From contig CAXXYE010000009.1 of the NCBI GenBank assembly GCA_963674865.2, positions 864,001-928,000 on the forward strand: a DNA stretch of 64,000 nt, given 5' to 3'. Position numbers and translations under genes: made by a program. Shown piece after piece: positions 19,054 through 28,811 of this stretch (position 1 is its first letter; each line of letters opens with the position of its first letter). The stretch is from Candidatus Hydrogenedentota bacterium. Lineage in GTDB: Bacteria > Hydrogenedentota > Hydrogenedentia > Hydrogenedentales > SLHB01. The notes beneath the pieces are model-generated. The model saw only the letters and a list, made by a program, of their open reading frames with translations, had not been told where the DNA came from and made no database searches.

Positions 19054-20307
19054 ATGAGTATTGAGAACAGACTCCAAGACATGGGCAGAAACGCGCGCGC
19101 CGCCGCCAATAGCCTTCGCTCGCTGTCGAGTGCCGTGAAAGACAAGGCGCTCTGTGCCATCGCCGAGAAGCTGCGCGACCAGCCGGCGTGTCTGAAAGCG
19201 GCGAATGCGAAAGACCTCGAAGCCGGCCGGGCGCAGGGGCTGTCAGGCGCCATGCTGGATCGGCTCGAACTCACTGACGGACGCATCGAATCGATGGCGT
19301 CGGGCCTCGAAGCCGTGGCCGCCCTGCCGGATCCTGTCGGCGATATTGTGGGGCAAACCATAAGGCCCAATGGGTTGCGCATCGCTCAGATCCGCCAGCC
19401 CATCGGCGTCGTCGGCATCATCTATGAGAGCCGGCCGAACGTAACCGCGGACGCGGCCGGTTTGTGCCTGAAGTCCGGCAACGCGTGCATCCTGCGCGGC
19501 GGGTCCGAGGCCATTCACTCCAACCTTGCCATCGCGGAGTTTCTTACGGAAGGGGCGATGGCCGCCGGCGTGCCTGAGCACGCCGTGCAAGTTATCGACA
19601 CGACGGACCGCGCCGCGGTCGGCGCCATGCTCAAATTGGACAAGTATATCGACGTTATCGTGCCCAGGGGTGGCAAGGGATTGGTCGCGCGCATCTACGA
19701 CGAGTCGCGGATTCCCGTCGTGGCCCACCTCGATGGCATCTGCCACACGTATGTTCACGGCGACGCGGACCTCGACATGGCCACGCGCATCTGCGCCAAT
19801 GCCAAGCTCCAGCGGCCGGGGGTGTGCAATGCCATGGAAACCATGCTGGTTGACGCTGCCGTGGCGGATGAATTCCTGCCGCGTATAGCCGCGGCGCTCC
19901 GCGAAGGAGGCTGCGAGATTCGCGGATGTGAGCGGACGCAAAGCATCATCGACTGCACGCCGGCTACGGAAGAGGACTGGACCACCGAGTACCTCGACAG
20001 GATCCTCTCCGTCAAGGTTGTGGCGGGGCTGGATGAAGCGATTTCCCATATCAACGACTATGGGTCGCACCATTCCGACGCAATTGTCACGGAGAGTTAT
20101 GCCGTCGCGGAACGCTTCCTGGACGAGGTGGACAGCGCAAGTGTCTACGTGAACGCCTCGACGCGCTTTACAGACGGATTCGAGTTCGGCCTCGGCGCGG
20201 AGATTGGTATCAGCACCAACAAGCTTCACTGCCGAGGTCCCATGGCCCTCAAGGAACTGACAACGCTCAAATACGTGGTTCGGGGAGTAGGGCAGATTCG
20301 TGAGTGA
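19054..20307 (+). CDS. proA: Gamma-glutamyl phosphate reductase
   Basis: IYESRPNVT, LRGGSEA, VCNAMET, NASTRFTDGFEFGLGAEIGIST. Confidence 0.97.
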   Translation: MSIENRLQDMGRNARAAANSLRSLSSAVKDKALCAIAEKLRDQPACLKAANAKDLEAGRAQGLSGAMLDRLELTDGRIESMASGLEAVAALPDPVGDIVGQTIRPNGLRIAQIRQPIGVVGIIYESRPNVTADAAGLCLKSGNACILRGGSEAIHSNLAIAEFLTEGAMAAGVPEHAVQVIDTTDRAAVGAMLKLDKYIDVIVPRGGKGLVARIYDESRIPVVAHLDGICHTYVHGDADLDMATRICANAKLQRPGVCNAMETMLVDAAVADEFLPRIAAALREGGCEIRGCERTQSIIDCTPATEEDWTTEYLDRILSVKVVAGLDEAISHINDYGSHHSDAIVTESYAVAERFLDEVDSASVYVNASTRFTDGFEFGLGAEIGISTNKLHCRGPMALKELTTLKYVVRGVGQIRE

Positions 20308-20911
20308 CGGAGAGCGTATCGGGGTCTTTGGCGGTACCTTCGACCCGATCCACAATACGCACATCGATATAGCGCGGACGGCCCTCATGCATGCCCGGCT
20401 CGACCGCGTGCTCTTTGTCGTGTCCGCGCGCCCGCCCCACAAGGATGGCGTGCCCGGCGCCAGCCCGGAGGAGCGCATGGCCATGGTGGTAGCCGCCATC
20501 GAGGGTGAGGCTGTCATGGAGCCCTGCCGCCTTGAACTGGATCGTCCGGGGCCCTCTTACACGTGCCAGACACTTGCCGAACTCGCGGGCTTGTTCCCGA
20601 GCGCGGCGCTCTTCCTTGTGGTGGGCTACGATGCGCTTCTTGATCTGCCGAAGTGGCGGAAGCCGGAGGCCATTCTCGCGCGGGCCCGCCTTCTGGTGGT
20701 GCCTCGCCCCGGGGAGCGGCCGCGGCCGTCGGCGATGGTTGACGGACGCTACGAACTCTTGCCATTCAAGGAGATGACGCTCTCGTCTACGGAAGTCCGG
20801 GAGCGCATCGCCGCCGGGGAGCCGTTTGAGCATCTTGTCCCCCCTGGAGTGGCGCAGCTTATCCGCGAGAGGAGCATCTATGACGCCGACGCTGCAAACG
20901 GCACGGACTGA
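20300..20911 (+). CDS. nadD: Nicotinate-nucleotide adenylyltransferase
   Basis: GGTFDPIHNTH, PPHK, PSYT, LSSTEVR. Confidence 0.95.
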   Translation: MSDGERIGVFGGTFDPIHNTHIDIARTALMHARLDRVLFVVSARPPHKDGVPGASPEERMAMVVAAIEGEAVMEPCRLELDRPGPSYTCQTLAELAGLFPSAALFLVVGYDALLDLPKWRKPEAILARARLLVVPRPGERPRPSAMVDGRYELLPFKEMTLSSTEVRERIAAGEPFEHLVPPGVAQLIRERSIYDADAANGTD

Positions 20912-21470
20912 GGAGTTCCTCGCACTCCTGCGTGCCCGCGTCAAGCCCAAGACCTTTCGCCATTGCGTGTCAACGGCGGAGTTCATGCTGGAACACGCCG
21001 ACGCGCTGCCCATCGACGACCACGAGGAGGCCGTTACCACTGGCCTGCTGCACGACTTGTGCAAGAATCTGTCGGCGCCAGATATGCTCGATACGGCGTG
21101 CCGATACGGGATTGCCCCGACGGATGTCCAGCGAGGTAATCCGGGACTCCTGCACGGCCCCGTCGCCGCTGAGGAGTGCCGTCGAACGCTGGGAATCTCG
21201 GATGATGCCGTCTACGAAGCCGTCTACTGGCATACTACCGGCCACCGGGGGATGGGAGCTTTGGCGTTGGCCTTGTATCTGGCCGATTTCGCCGAGAAGT
21301 GCCGAAGCCATCCGGAGGCTAAGGAAGCGCGGGACGTTCTTGCCGCGGCGGGTTTCCACGCGGCGCTCCGGTTCACCGCCCGAAAGAAGCTTGAACACGT
21401 TCTTACCAAGTCCGTTGTGGACCCGGCCACGGAGGATTTCAGCCATTGGGTGGAGACGCTGACTCACTGA
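20880..21470 (+). CDS. yqeK: HD-domain hydrolase, YqeK/Ap4A hydrolase family
   Basis: RHC..GLLHDLCK..LLHG..WHTTG..LYLADF; follows nadD. Confidence 0.88.
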   Translation: MTPTLQTARTEEFLALLRARVKPKTFRHCVSTAEFMLEHADALPIDDHEEAVTTGLLHDLCKNLSAPDMLDTACRYGIAPTDVQRGNPGLLHGPVAAEECRRTLGISDDAVYEAVYWHTTGHRGMGALALALYLADFAEKCRSHPEAKEARDVLAAAGFHAALRFTARKKLEHVLTKSVVDPATEDFSHWVETLTH

Positions 21471-22249
21471 TGAACTCCCCCGATCCTTTCGAGTTCCTCG
21501 CGCGGTACTACGACCGCATCATGGACCACGTCGACTACGACCGGTGGTTCATGACGGTTACCGAACTCGCGGCGCTGCTTCCCCGCGAATTTGTTCATCT
21601 CGATGCGGCATGCGGCACGGGCCAACTCGTCAAGCGCCTGCGCCGTGCGGGGTGGGTCGCGTTCGGCACGGACCTGTCCCGCGGCATGTTGCGAGCTGGG
21701 AATAAGGGCCCGGTGGCCGGCCTCACGGCACTGGCCGATTTGAGGGCGATGCCCTTTGCGGGGAGCATCGACTACGCCACGTGCCTGTTCGACAGCATCA
21801 ACTTTCTCACGACCCTCGACGACGTGCGACGCTGCCTCGCCGAGATCGGCCGCGCCCTCTCTACCAATGGCCTGCTCTATCTGGATGCCGTCACGGAGCG
21901 CATGGTGACGGAGCACTTCGCCGGGCAGGGATGGACGGAAGACCACGGGACATTCTCGTCAAGCTGGCAGACGCACTACGCCTTTGACAGCAAGATCGCC
22001 GATACGGAGATACGCATCAATCACGGGCCGGTGACCTTGATTCGGGAGCGGGTCTATGAGCAGGCCGACATCGAGTCGGCCTTTGAAGACGCCGGTCTTA
22101 CCGTGCTCGGCGCCTACGACGCTGAGACCTGGGAGCCGCCTGACGCGAAGACCCTTCGGATCGACTTTGTGGCGGCCAAAGGGGACGCCCGGCCGCGCGT
22201 CAAAGCCTTCCAGAAGGTCTGCGGGACCGTCAAACGGCATCTCGAATAA
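21470..22249 (+). CDS. Class I SAM-dependent methyltransferase (YqeM-like)
   Basis: YYDRIMDHVDY, LDAACGTG, DLSRGM, CLFDSINF. Confidence 0.88.
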   Translation: MNSPDPFEFLARYYDRIMDHVDYDRWFMTVTELAALLPREFVHLDAACGTGQLVKRLRRAGWVAFGTDLSRGMLRAGNKGPVAGLTALADLRAMPFAGSIDYATCLFDSINFLTTLDDVRRCLAEIGRALSTNGLLYLDAVTERMVTEHFAGQGWTEDHGTFSSSWQTHYAFDSKIADTEIRINHGPVTLIRERVYEQADIESAFEDAGLTVLGAYDAETWEPPDAKTLRIDFVAAKGDARPRVKAFQKVCGTVKRHLE

Positions 22250-22250
22250 G

Positions 22251-22281
22251 CCCGTCAAGGGTCGTTGAGGCCCTTGACGGG
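22251..22281. terminator. Hairpin between convergent genes (possible terminator)
   Basis: CCCGTCAAGGG/CCCTTGACGGG 11-bp perfect stem; no strong U tract. Confidence 0.45.
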
Positions 22282-22336
22282 AGTAGCGAGTTCTTGGGTG
22301 TGGACGGAAGTCCACCCGTTCACTTCCGGCTCTCTC

Positions 22337-23986
22337 TTAGCCTAAGATGGCGCCGAGATCCTCCTCCGGGGTCGTGACGGGCTTGATGGCGAACTTCTCT
22401 ACCAAGGTCTCGAGTACCTTCGGTCCTACGAAAGCAGGCAAGGTCGGGCCCAGGCGCATATTCGTGATCCCAAGATGCAGCAGCGTCAGGAGAATCACGA
22501 CAGCCTTCTGCTCGTACCAGCTCAAGATCAGCGAGAGCGGCAAGTCGTTGACTCCGCACTCGAAGGCATTCGCCAAGGCGACGGCAATCTGAATCGCCGA
22601 ATAGGCGTCATTGCACTGGCCTATATCCAGTAGCCGCGGAATCCCGCCGATGTCGCCGAATGCCAGCTTGTTGAACCGGTACTTGCCGCACGCCAGCGTG
22701 AGAATGACACAGTCTTCCGGCACCTTCTGCGCCAGTTCGGTGTAATAATTGCGTCCGGGCTTGGCGCCGTCGCACCCGCCGATCAGGAAGAAGTGCCGGA
22801 TCTTGCCCGCCTTGACGGCCTCGATGACCTGGCTGGCGACGCCCATCACGGCCTCATGCCCGAAACCCACCGTGATGTACTCCGCCGGGGCGTCCTCGGC
22901 GAATCCAGGCGCGGCTAGAGCGGCTTCGATAGCGGGGGTGAAATCGCGATTGGCTATGTGCTCGACTCCCGGCCACCGGACGAGCCCACAGGTGAAGATC
23001 CTGTCCAGGTAGGCGTCCTTGGGCTTCTGGATGCAGTTAGTCGTCATCAGAATGGCGCCCGGGAAGGCGTCGAACTCCGCCCGCTGATCCTGCCACGCTC
23101 CGCCGTAGTTCCCAACGAGGTGCTTGTACGCTTTCAGGCCCGGATAGGCATGGCACGGAAGCATCTCGCCGTGGGTGTAGACGTTGATTCCCTTGCCTTC
23201 GGTTTGCTTCAGGAGTTCTTCGAGATCCTTCAGGTCGTGCCCCGAAACGCAGATGCACTTGCCCGCAACGGGCGTCACCCGCACCTGGGTGGGCTCTGGA
23301 TGGCCGTAGGCGCCCGTGTTCGCCGTGTCGAGCAGTTCCATCACGCGGAGGTTGACCTCGCCAACGCGGAGCGCCATGCCGACGAGGGCGTCCACCTCAC
23401 CGGGATTCGTGGCCAGGAAATCGAGGGCCTCGTGGACGAAGGCATAGACGGCGTCATCTTCAACGCCGAGGATCTGCGCGTGATCCACATAGGCGGCCAT
23501 GCCTTTCAATCCGTAGAGCACCAATTCCTGAAGGCCGCCGACATCGTTTCCCAGAGCCTCAAGGCGTGAGGCAATGGTGACACGTTCGCCTTCCCGGATG
23601 AGTTCAGCGTTGTCGTTGGGGCCTTGCCAGGCGGCCGGGCCGCCGACCGTCTCCGGCTTCCGGCCCGCGCCGCCGCAGGCGTCTTCGTATAGCTTCTTGG
23701 CCTGTGCTTGGAGTCCCAGTCCCTCCCGGACGAGTTGGGCCACGGTCTCCGCGTCGAAATTGACGTTGGTAACCGTCGAAAACAGGGCCTCCACGACGAA
23801 CACGTCGATGGCGTGGTCCTTCGCGCCAAGCTGGCGGGCTCGGTGCGCGTACTGGGCGATGCCTTCGGCGACATGGATCAAGAGATCCTGCAGGGCCGCC
23901 GTCTCCGGATCCTTGCCGCATACGCCGAAGGCGGTGCAGCCCGATTCCTTGGCGGTTTGTTCACACTGGTAGCAGAACATGCTCAT
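22337..23986 (-). CDS. hcp: Hybrid cluster protein (hydroxylamine/NO reductase), class I Cys spacing
   Basis: [23 protein letters not shown] (CX2CX8CX5C), [40 protein letters not shown]. Confidence 0.96.
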   Translation of the reverse strand: MSMFCYQCEQTAKESGCTAFGVCGKDPETAALQDLLIHVAEGIAQYAHRARQLGAKDHAIDVFVVEALFSTVTNVNFDAETVAQLVREGLGLQAQAKKLYEDACGGAGRKPETVGGPAAWQGPNDNAELIREGERVTIASRLEALGNDVGGLQELVLYGLKGMAAYVDHAQILGVEDDAVYAFVHEALDFLATNPGEVDALVGMALRVGEVNLRVMELLDTANTGAYGHPEPTQVRVTPVAGKCICVSGHDLKDLEELLKQTEGKGINVYTHGEMLPCHAYPGLKAYKHLVGNYGGAWQDQRAEFDAFPGAILMTTNCIQKPKDAYLDRIFTCGLVRWPGVEHIANRDFTPAIEAALAAPGFAEDAPAEYITVGFGHEAVMGVASQVIEAVKAGKIRHFFLIGGCDGAKPGRNYYTELAQKVPEDCVILTLACGKYRFNKLAFGDIGGIPRLLDIGQCNDAYSAIQIAVALANAFECGVNDLPLSLILSWYEQKAVVILLTLLHLGITNMRLGPTLPAFVGPKVLETLVEKFAIKPVTTPEEDLGAILG

Positions 23987-24032
23987 GGTTGTGCTCCTTT
24001 TCGTCTTGTTTGCAGTTGGTTGCGATCTAGGC

Positions 24033-24797
24033 TCATGACGCCGCCTTATGTTTCTTCGCGGGGGTGCGTTCCGGAAACGCCGGCGCGCACTCACCGATAA
24101 TGCATCCCTCGATGCTGATGACGACCTCTTGGATGGGCGCCTCCGACCCCGCCAATTCCCGGGCTTGCAGCACCAGTTGCAGCAGTCCCCGGCAGCACGG
24201 CACCTCCATTCGCACCACGGTGACGCTTGGCGGGCGTGCCCCTGCGAATAGCTCGGCCAGCTTCGCAATGTATCCCGTGAGGTCGTCCAGCTTGGGGCAG
24301 GCGATGACTACGGCCCGCCCCGCGAGCAGGTCCCGATGGAACGCGCCGTGGGCGAAGGCCGTGCAATCGGCGGCGATCAGGAGATCCTTGCCTTGGAAAT
24401 GCGGCGCTGCCGGGTTGGCCAGATGCAACTGTATGGGCCAGTGCGTCAGCTCCGAGGGGGTGCTTCCCGCCCGCTCACGCTTCTCTGCCTTGGGCCAGGG
24501 GCTGAATGTGCGGGACGCCGCGCCGGGGCACGGCGAGCCGTGTGAGGCCATGCGCGCCCGGGTGGCCTCCTCATCGAAAGGTGATGCCTGGCGGCGCTCA
24601 ACCGTGAGGGCGCCGGTAGGGCATTCGCCGATGCATGCGCCCAAACCGTCGCAATAAACTTCGCTCACGAGCTTGGCCTTGCCGTTGACGAGCCGGAGCG
24701 CCCCCTCCGGACAGGCCCTGACGCATTGGCCGCAGCCGTTGCACTTCTCTTCGTCTATGTGGATGACATCGCGAATTGCCATAGTCTGCTGCTCCAT
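24033..24797 (-). CDS. 4Fe-4S dicluster protein with extra Cys-rich domain, hcp-associated
   Basis: [46 protein letters not shown]. Confidence 0.88.
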   Translation of the reverse strand: MEQQTMAIRDVIHIDEEKCNGCGQCVRACPEGALRLVNGKAKLVSEVYCDGLGACIGECPTGALTVERRQASPFDEEATRARMASHGSPCPGAASRTFSPWPKAEKRERAGSTPSELTHWPIQLHLANPAAPHFQGKDLLIAADCTAFAHGAFHRDLLAGRAVVIACPKLDDLTGYIAKLAELFAGARPPSVTVVRMEVPCCRGLLQLVLQARELAGSEAPIQEVVISIEGCIIGECAPAFPERTPAKKHKAAS

Positions 24798-24815
24798 CTC
24801 ACTCCTTCTTGCTCA

Positions 24816-24858
24816 ACCGTACAGCAAGCCGGGCGAGAAAGCCTTGATCTAAGTCAAG
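24816..24858 (-). promoter_or_regulatory. FNR-like (HcpR) binding site with class II activated promoter for ferredoxin-hcp
   Basis: CTTGA-N6-TCAAG at 24843-24858; minus-strand -10 TACGGT at 24821-24816 places the site centre at about -41.5. Confidence 0.75.
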
Positions 24859-24950
24859 CCCCCGCCCTAGGCTATATCCTGGCGCGGGTGAGCCGGATAT
24901 TCTCTACCCACGCCCTGAATGGCAAGGACGCAGTCCAAGCGGGAAGACGC

Positions 24951-25643
24951 ATGACGAATCAGGCCGAGGACATTGCTCAAATCCCTCTATTTCAAGGACT
25001 TGCCGAGCCCTACCGCCGCGACCTGGCGGGGATCGCTGAGAAACGCCGTGTCGGTAGAGGCGAAGCCGTTTTCTACGAAGGCGACGAGGCCGACGGCTTC
25101 TACGCCGTGCTCGCGGGGCGCGTGCGGATCTTCAAATTGTCACCGGAAGGCAAGGAGCAGATCCTGCACATCTTCGGCCCCGGTGAAGTCTTCGGTGAGG
25201 TGCCTATGTTTGCCGGCCGGCATTTCCCGGCTCATGCCGGCGCGCTCGAGTCGTCCCGCATCCTCTTTTTCCCCCGGCCGGCCTTCACGGATCTCATTCG
25301 CCGCGAGCCTGACCTGGCGCTCAACATGCTCGCCATCCTCGCCGAGCGTCTACGCCTGTTCACCGGCCTCATCGAGGGCTTGTCGCTCAAGGAAGTGCCG
25401 GGCCGGCTGGCCGCCCATCTTCTCTATCTGAGCGAGGCCCAGGGCCAGGCTCCCGACCTCACCCTCGATATCTCGAAGTCCCAACTCGCCAATCTCCTTG
25501 GGACGATTCCCGAGACGCTCTCCAGGATCTTAGCGAGGATGAGCAGCGCAGGGCTGGTCGAGCTAAGCGGGACGCGGGGCATCCGTATTGCCGATCGCCC
25601 CGGCCTCGAGGCCATTGCTGCCGGCGAGTGCCGCCTGGACTGA
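24951..25643 (+). CDS. hcpR: Crp/Fnr family regulator (HcpR/Dnr-like)
   Basis: cNMP-like domain (GKEQILHIFGPGEVFGE), HTH LGTIPETLSR, no FNR Cys cluster; divergent from hcp. Confidence 0.8.
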   Translation: MTNQAEDIAQIPLFQGLAEPYRRDLAGIAEKRRVGRGEAVFYEGDEADGFYAVLAGRVRIFKLSPEGKEQILHIFGPGEVFGEVPMFAGRHFPAHAGALESSRILFFPRPAFTDLIRREPDLALNMLAILAERLRLFTGLIEGLSLKEVPGRLAAHLLYLSEAQGQAPDLTLDISKSQLANLLGTIPETLSRILARMSSAGLVELSGTRGIRIADRPGLEAIAAGECRLD

Positions 25644-25691
25644 GAGGTCGCCGCCAACGTCCCTTTGTCACAGGCCCTTGCGGCTATCGTG

Positions 25692-26075
25692 TTATTTCTT
25701 CTTGCGCAGGTGCCTGATGTAGTCCCTGAGAATTCGCAAGAAGGAGAGAAGAAACAAGGCCAACACCGCAGTGCCGAAATAGCTTCCGCGGTGCGTCCAG
25801 AGGGTGAATATGAGGACGGCGATGGCGAATCCGATGAGCGCGAGGGTGGCCATGTCGCCCAGGAACTCGGGCGCGTGCTTCCGCTGGAGTTTTCTGGGCA
25901 GGAATGCGATGACGAAGATCGTCAGCATGGCCAGGGCCATGCCCGGGACAATGTACGCGTAAAGGCCATATTCCTCTCGCCGTGCGAGCGCAATCCACAC
26001 GGATACCCCCACCACGCCGAGCCAGACGACGGCCAGGAAGACAGTCCTTGCCTTCATCCCCAGTTTCGCCATCAT
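25692..26075 (-). CDS. Small membrane protein, about 4 TM segments, unknown function
   Basis: Four hydrophobic stretches, GAGGGG RBS, basic C-terminus. Confidence 0.6.
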   Translation of the reverse strand: MMAKLGMKARTVFLAVVWLGVVGVSVWIALARREEYGLYAYIVPGMALAMLTIFVIAFLPRKLQRKHAPEFLGDMATLALIGFAIAVLIFTLWTHRGSYFGTAVLALFLLSFLRILRDYIRHLRKKK

Positions 26076-26158
26076 CGCCCCTCGGCTCGCCGCATTGCCT
26101 CCGTGCCTGCTCTTATCGTGGCTGGACCTACGTTCAGCTAAGAATCCACCTCAGGGCC

Positions 26159-26983
26159 TCACCCGGCCTTATCGGCGGATGGGGCAGCTCTTTCGCCGGC
26201 GTCCTCGGCACGCTCCTGGACTTGTTGCTTCTGCAAGAGGCGTCGCTGCTCCGCGACAGCCAGGTCGTGGGCCTCATCCCCCTCGGCCCCCGCAGGCCGA
26301 CGTTCGAGTTCGGCCAGGTGTTGAGTACGGCCGTAGAGGATCAGCGTGTCGCCCGCGCGGATATAGGTATCGCCCGTGGGAGTGCCCACGTAGCTGCCAT
26401 CGGCCCGGTGGATGCCCAATACCTGTACGCCTTCGTCGGAGAGGCGCAGGTGCGTGAGATCCTTACCCGCCAGCCACTCTTCCGCCTCAACGTCCAACTC
26501 GCCAACGGTGTAGCCGTCCGAGAGGTGCAAGCGCCCAAGGTAATCATAGGCGTCCAGCCGCGTGAAGCGCTTCAAGGCCCAGCCGATGATCCGCGAGAGT
26601 TGCCGATCGATCCATTGACTGGATGAAAGTCCCCATAGGCAGAGCAGTCCGAGCCCGATCCATCCCAGACGGCTGATGAGGCCGATCACAGAGGGGTCGT
26701 TTCTGAGAAAAATGGGAATCAGCGACGAGATGGCCATGACCACGGTACCGTTGCCGAGCAGCATCAGAATCATGACGATGCGCCGCCGCACCGGGTGCTG
26801 CACGATGGACTCAGACTCGCCTGTGGTGAAGCCGCAGCCCGTGAACGCCGAACGCGCCTGGAATCGCGCCAACTCGCGTGACAGCCCGGTGAACGTAAGC
26901 GCCACCGTGGCGACGCGCATGACCAATAGGCCAACCAACACTACCACGAGCAGTGTGACAACAGGTGTGACAATCCCTAGCAC
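26159..26983 (-). CDS. Membrane protein with pore-loop-like segment and TrkA-C (RCK_C) domain
   Basis: FQARSAFTGCGFTTGESE, C-terminal WLAGKDL..VQVLGIHR..GDTLILYG; GTG start after GGAGG. Confidence 0.8.
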   Translation of the reverse strand: MLGIVTPVVTLLVVVLVGLLVMRVATVALTFTGLSRELARFQARSAFTGCGFTTGESESIVQHPVRRRIVMILMLLGNGTVVMAISSLIPIFLRNDPSVIGLISRLGWIGLGLLCLWGLSSSQWIDRQLSRIIGWALKRFTRLDAYDYLGRLHLSDGYTVGELDVEAEEWLAGKDLTHLRLSDEGVQVLGIHRADGSYVGTPTGDTYIRAGDTLILYGRTQHLAELERRPAGAEGDEAHDLAVAEQRRLLQKQQVQERAEDAGERAAPSADKAG

Positions 26984-27313
26984 AAAGTCGCCTCCCAACC
27001 GTCAGGCGTGGGCCGCTTGCCCGCCTCTGACACCAACGCCATTCTGCCAACGGCACGATCTCGCGATCAAATAGCTCTTAGGTGCGGTTTGACCGACTGT
27101 CTCAGCGCCGGCCTGTCAGTCGTCAGTTTTCGGTGCCTGGAAATGGTTGCGGCAGCACCGGTGTTCTTGTCTGCGGCCCTTGGATGTGGCAAAATGCCCA
27201 CTCCTGTGATCCACCCTTGATTGAGGTGTAGGACTCTGGATGATTAGCCCGGATGTATTGGCACGTTCCGGAGCCGGTGTCCGTGTTGCCGCTCGATGGG
27301 ATAGACTACCCGT

Positions 27314-28696
27314 ATGAGTTTTGTCAGACTGAGGAAAGGGTTGACCCTCCCTATTACCGGGGAACCTGAGCAGGTTATCAGCCCTGGGGTCGAGGTGCGG
27401 CACATCGCCGTGCTGGGGCCCGACGACTACATCGGGATGCGGCCGCGTATGGCCGTGCAAGAAGGCGATACCGTCAAGCGCGGCCAACTCCTCTTTGATG
27501 ACAAGCGGACGCCCGGCGTGCGCCATACGGCCCCTGGGGCCGGGACGGTGGTCGCGGTTCATCGCGGCGAGCGGCGCAAGCTCCTCTCAGTAATGATCGA
27601 ACTTAACGAGCGGGAGCGTCAGGGCCAACCGCTTGAAGACGATCAAGTCGCCTTCGAGAGTTTCACGGGCGAGCCCATCATCCGGCTCACCGATGAGGGA
27701 ATCCAGGCCCTGCTCCTTGAGTCAGGTTTGTGGAGCGCGCTCCGCACGAGGCCCTTCAGCAAGGTGGCCGACCCCGCCGCGAAGCCCCACTCCATCTTCG
27801 TGACGGCGATGGATACGAATCCGCTGGCGGCCTCGCCGGAGGTCGTGGCGGCAGGCCAGGAAGAAGCGCTCGAAGCCGGCTTGATGTGTCTGGTGAAGCT
27901 GGGGGGCGTGCCGGTACATCTCTGCCGCTACCACAACTCGTCCATTGCGACAAATCCCAACAGCGGCGTCCTCATCGAGGAGTTCAAAGGCCCGCATCCT
28001 GCCGGCACGGTGGGAGTCCACATCCATTTCGTGGACTCCGTCCGCCGGGAGAAGACGGTGTGGCACATCAACTATCAGGACGTGATCGCGATGGGCCAGC
28101 TCTTTCGGACGGGCCGCCTTGACGTGACGCGCGTCATTTCCCTCGGCGGGCCGTCCGTCTTACGGCCCCGGCTGCTCAGAACGCGCCTCGGAGCATGCAC
28201 GGACGAACTGGTGCATGGCGAGCTGAAGGCCGGCGAACACCGCGTCATCAGTGGCTCGGTACTGTCCGGGCGCGCCGCTATGGGCGAGGAACTCGGATAC
28301 CTGGGACGTTACCACCAGCAAGTCTCGGTGCTCCCGGAGGGCCGAGAACGGCCTTTTCTCGGCTGGCTTCGGCCGGGTTCGGACAAGTTCTCCGTGAGCC
28401 GGGCGTTCTTCTCGTGCCTTCTCCCGCACAAGCGATTTGATCTCACCACGGCGGCGAACGGCAGCCGGCGGGCCATCGTCCCTATCGGGAATTACGAACG
28501 CGTGATGCCGATGGACCTGGAGCCTACATTTCTGCTGCGCGCTTTGGCGGCGGGCGATTTGGAGCGCGCGGAGGAGCTGGGCTGCCTCGAATTGGATGAA
28601 GAAGATCTTGCCCTGTGCACGTTCGTGTGTCCGGGGAAGAATGACTATGGCCCGATGCTTCGACATTGCTTGACGGAGATTGAGAAAGAGGGATGA
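27314..28696 (+). CDS. nqrA: Na+-translocating NADH:quinone reductase subunit A
   Basis: [53 protein letters not shown]. Confidence 0.96.
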   Translation: MSFVRLRKGLTLPITGEPEQVISPGVEVRHIAVLGPDDYIGMRPRMAVQEGDTVKRGQLLFDDKRTPGVRHTAPGAGTVVAVHRGERRKLLSVMIELNERERQGQPLEDDQVAFESFTGEPIIRLTDEGIQALLLESGLWSALRTRPFSKVADPAAKPHSIFVTAMDTNPLAASPEVVAAGQEEALEAGLMCLVKLGGVPVHLCRYHNSSIATNPNSGVLIEEFKGPHPAGTVGVHIHFVDSVRREKTVWHINYQDVIAMGQLFRTGRLDVTRVISLGGPSVLRPRLLRTRLGACTDELVHGELKAGEHRVISGSVLSGRAAMGEELGYLGRYHQQVSVLPEGRERPFLGWLRPGSDKFSVSRAFFSCLLPHKRFDLTTAANGSRRAIVPIGNYERVMPMDLEPTFLLRALAAGDLERAEELGCLELDEEDLALCTFVCPGKNDYGPMLRHCLTEIEKEG

Positions 28697-28731
28697 GCAG
28701 CGCCGTAATTGGGCATATTTTGGAGCATGTG

Positions 28732-28794
28732 GAAGTCGGGGACAGTCCCGTCTCGCCCGCCTGCGGCGGGCTCGCTTGGCACACTCCCCGATTC
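28732..28794. repeat. REP-like palindromic element between nqrA and nqrB
   Basis: Outer arms TCGGGGA/TCCCCGA, GGGACAGTCCC core, inner GCCCGCC-TGC-GGCGGGC hairpin; single copy in this window. Confidence 0.45.
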
Positions 28795-28811
28795 TCTAGG
28801 CACAGCGCGCA

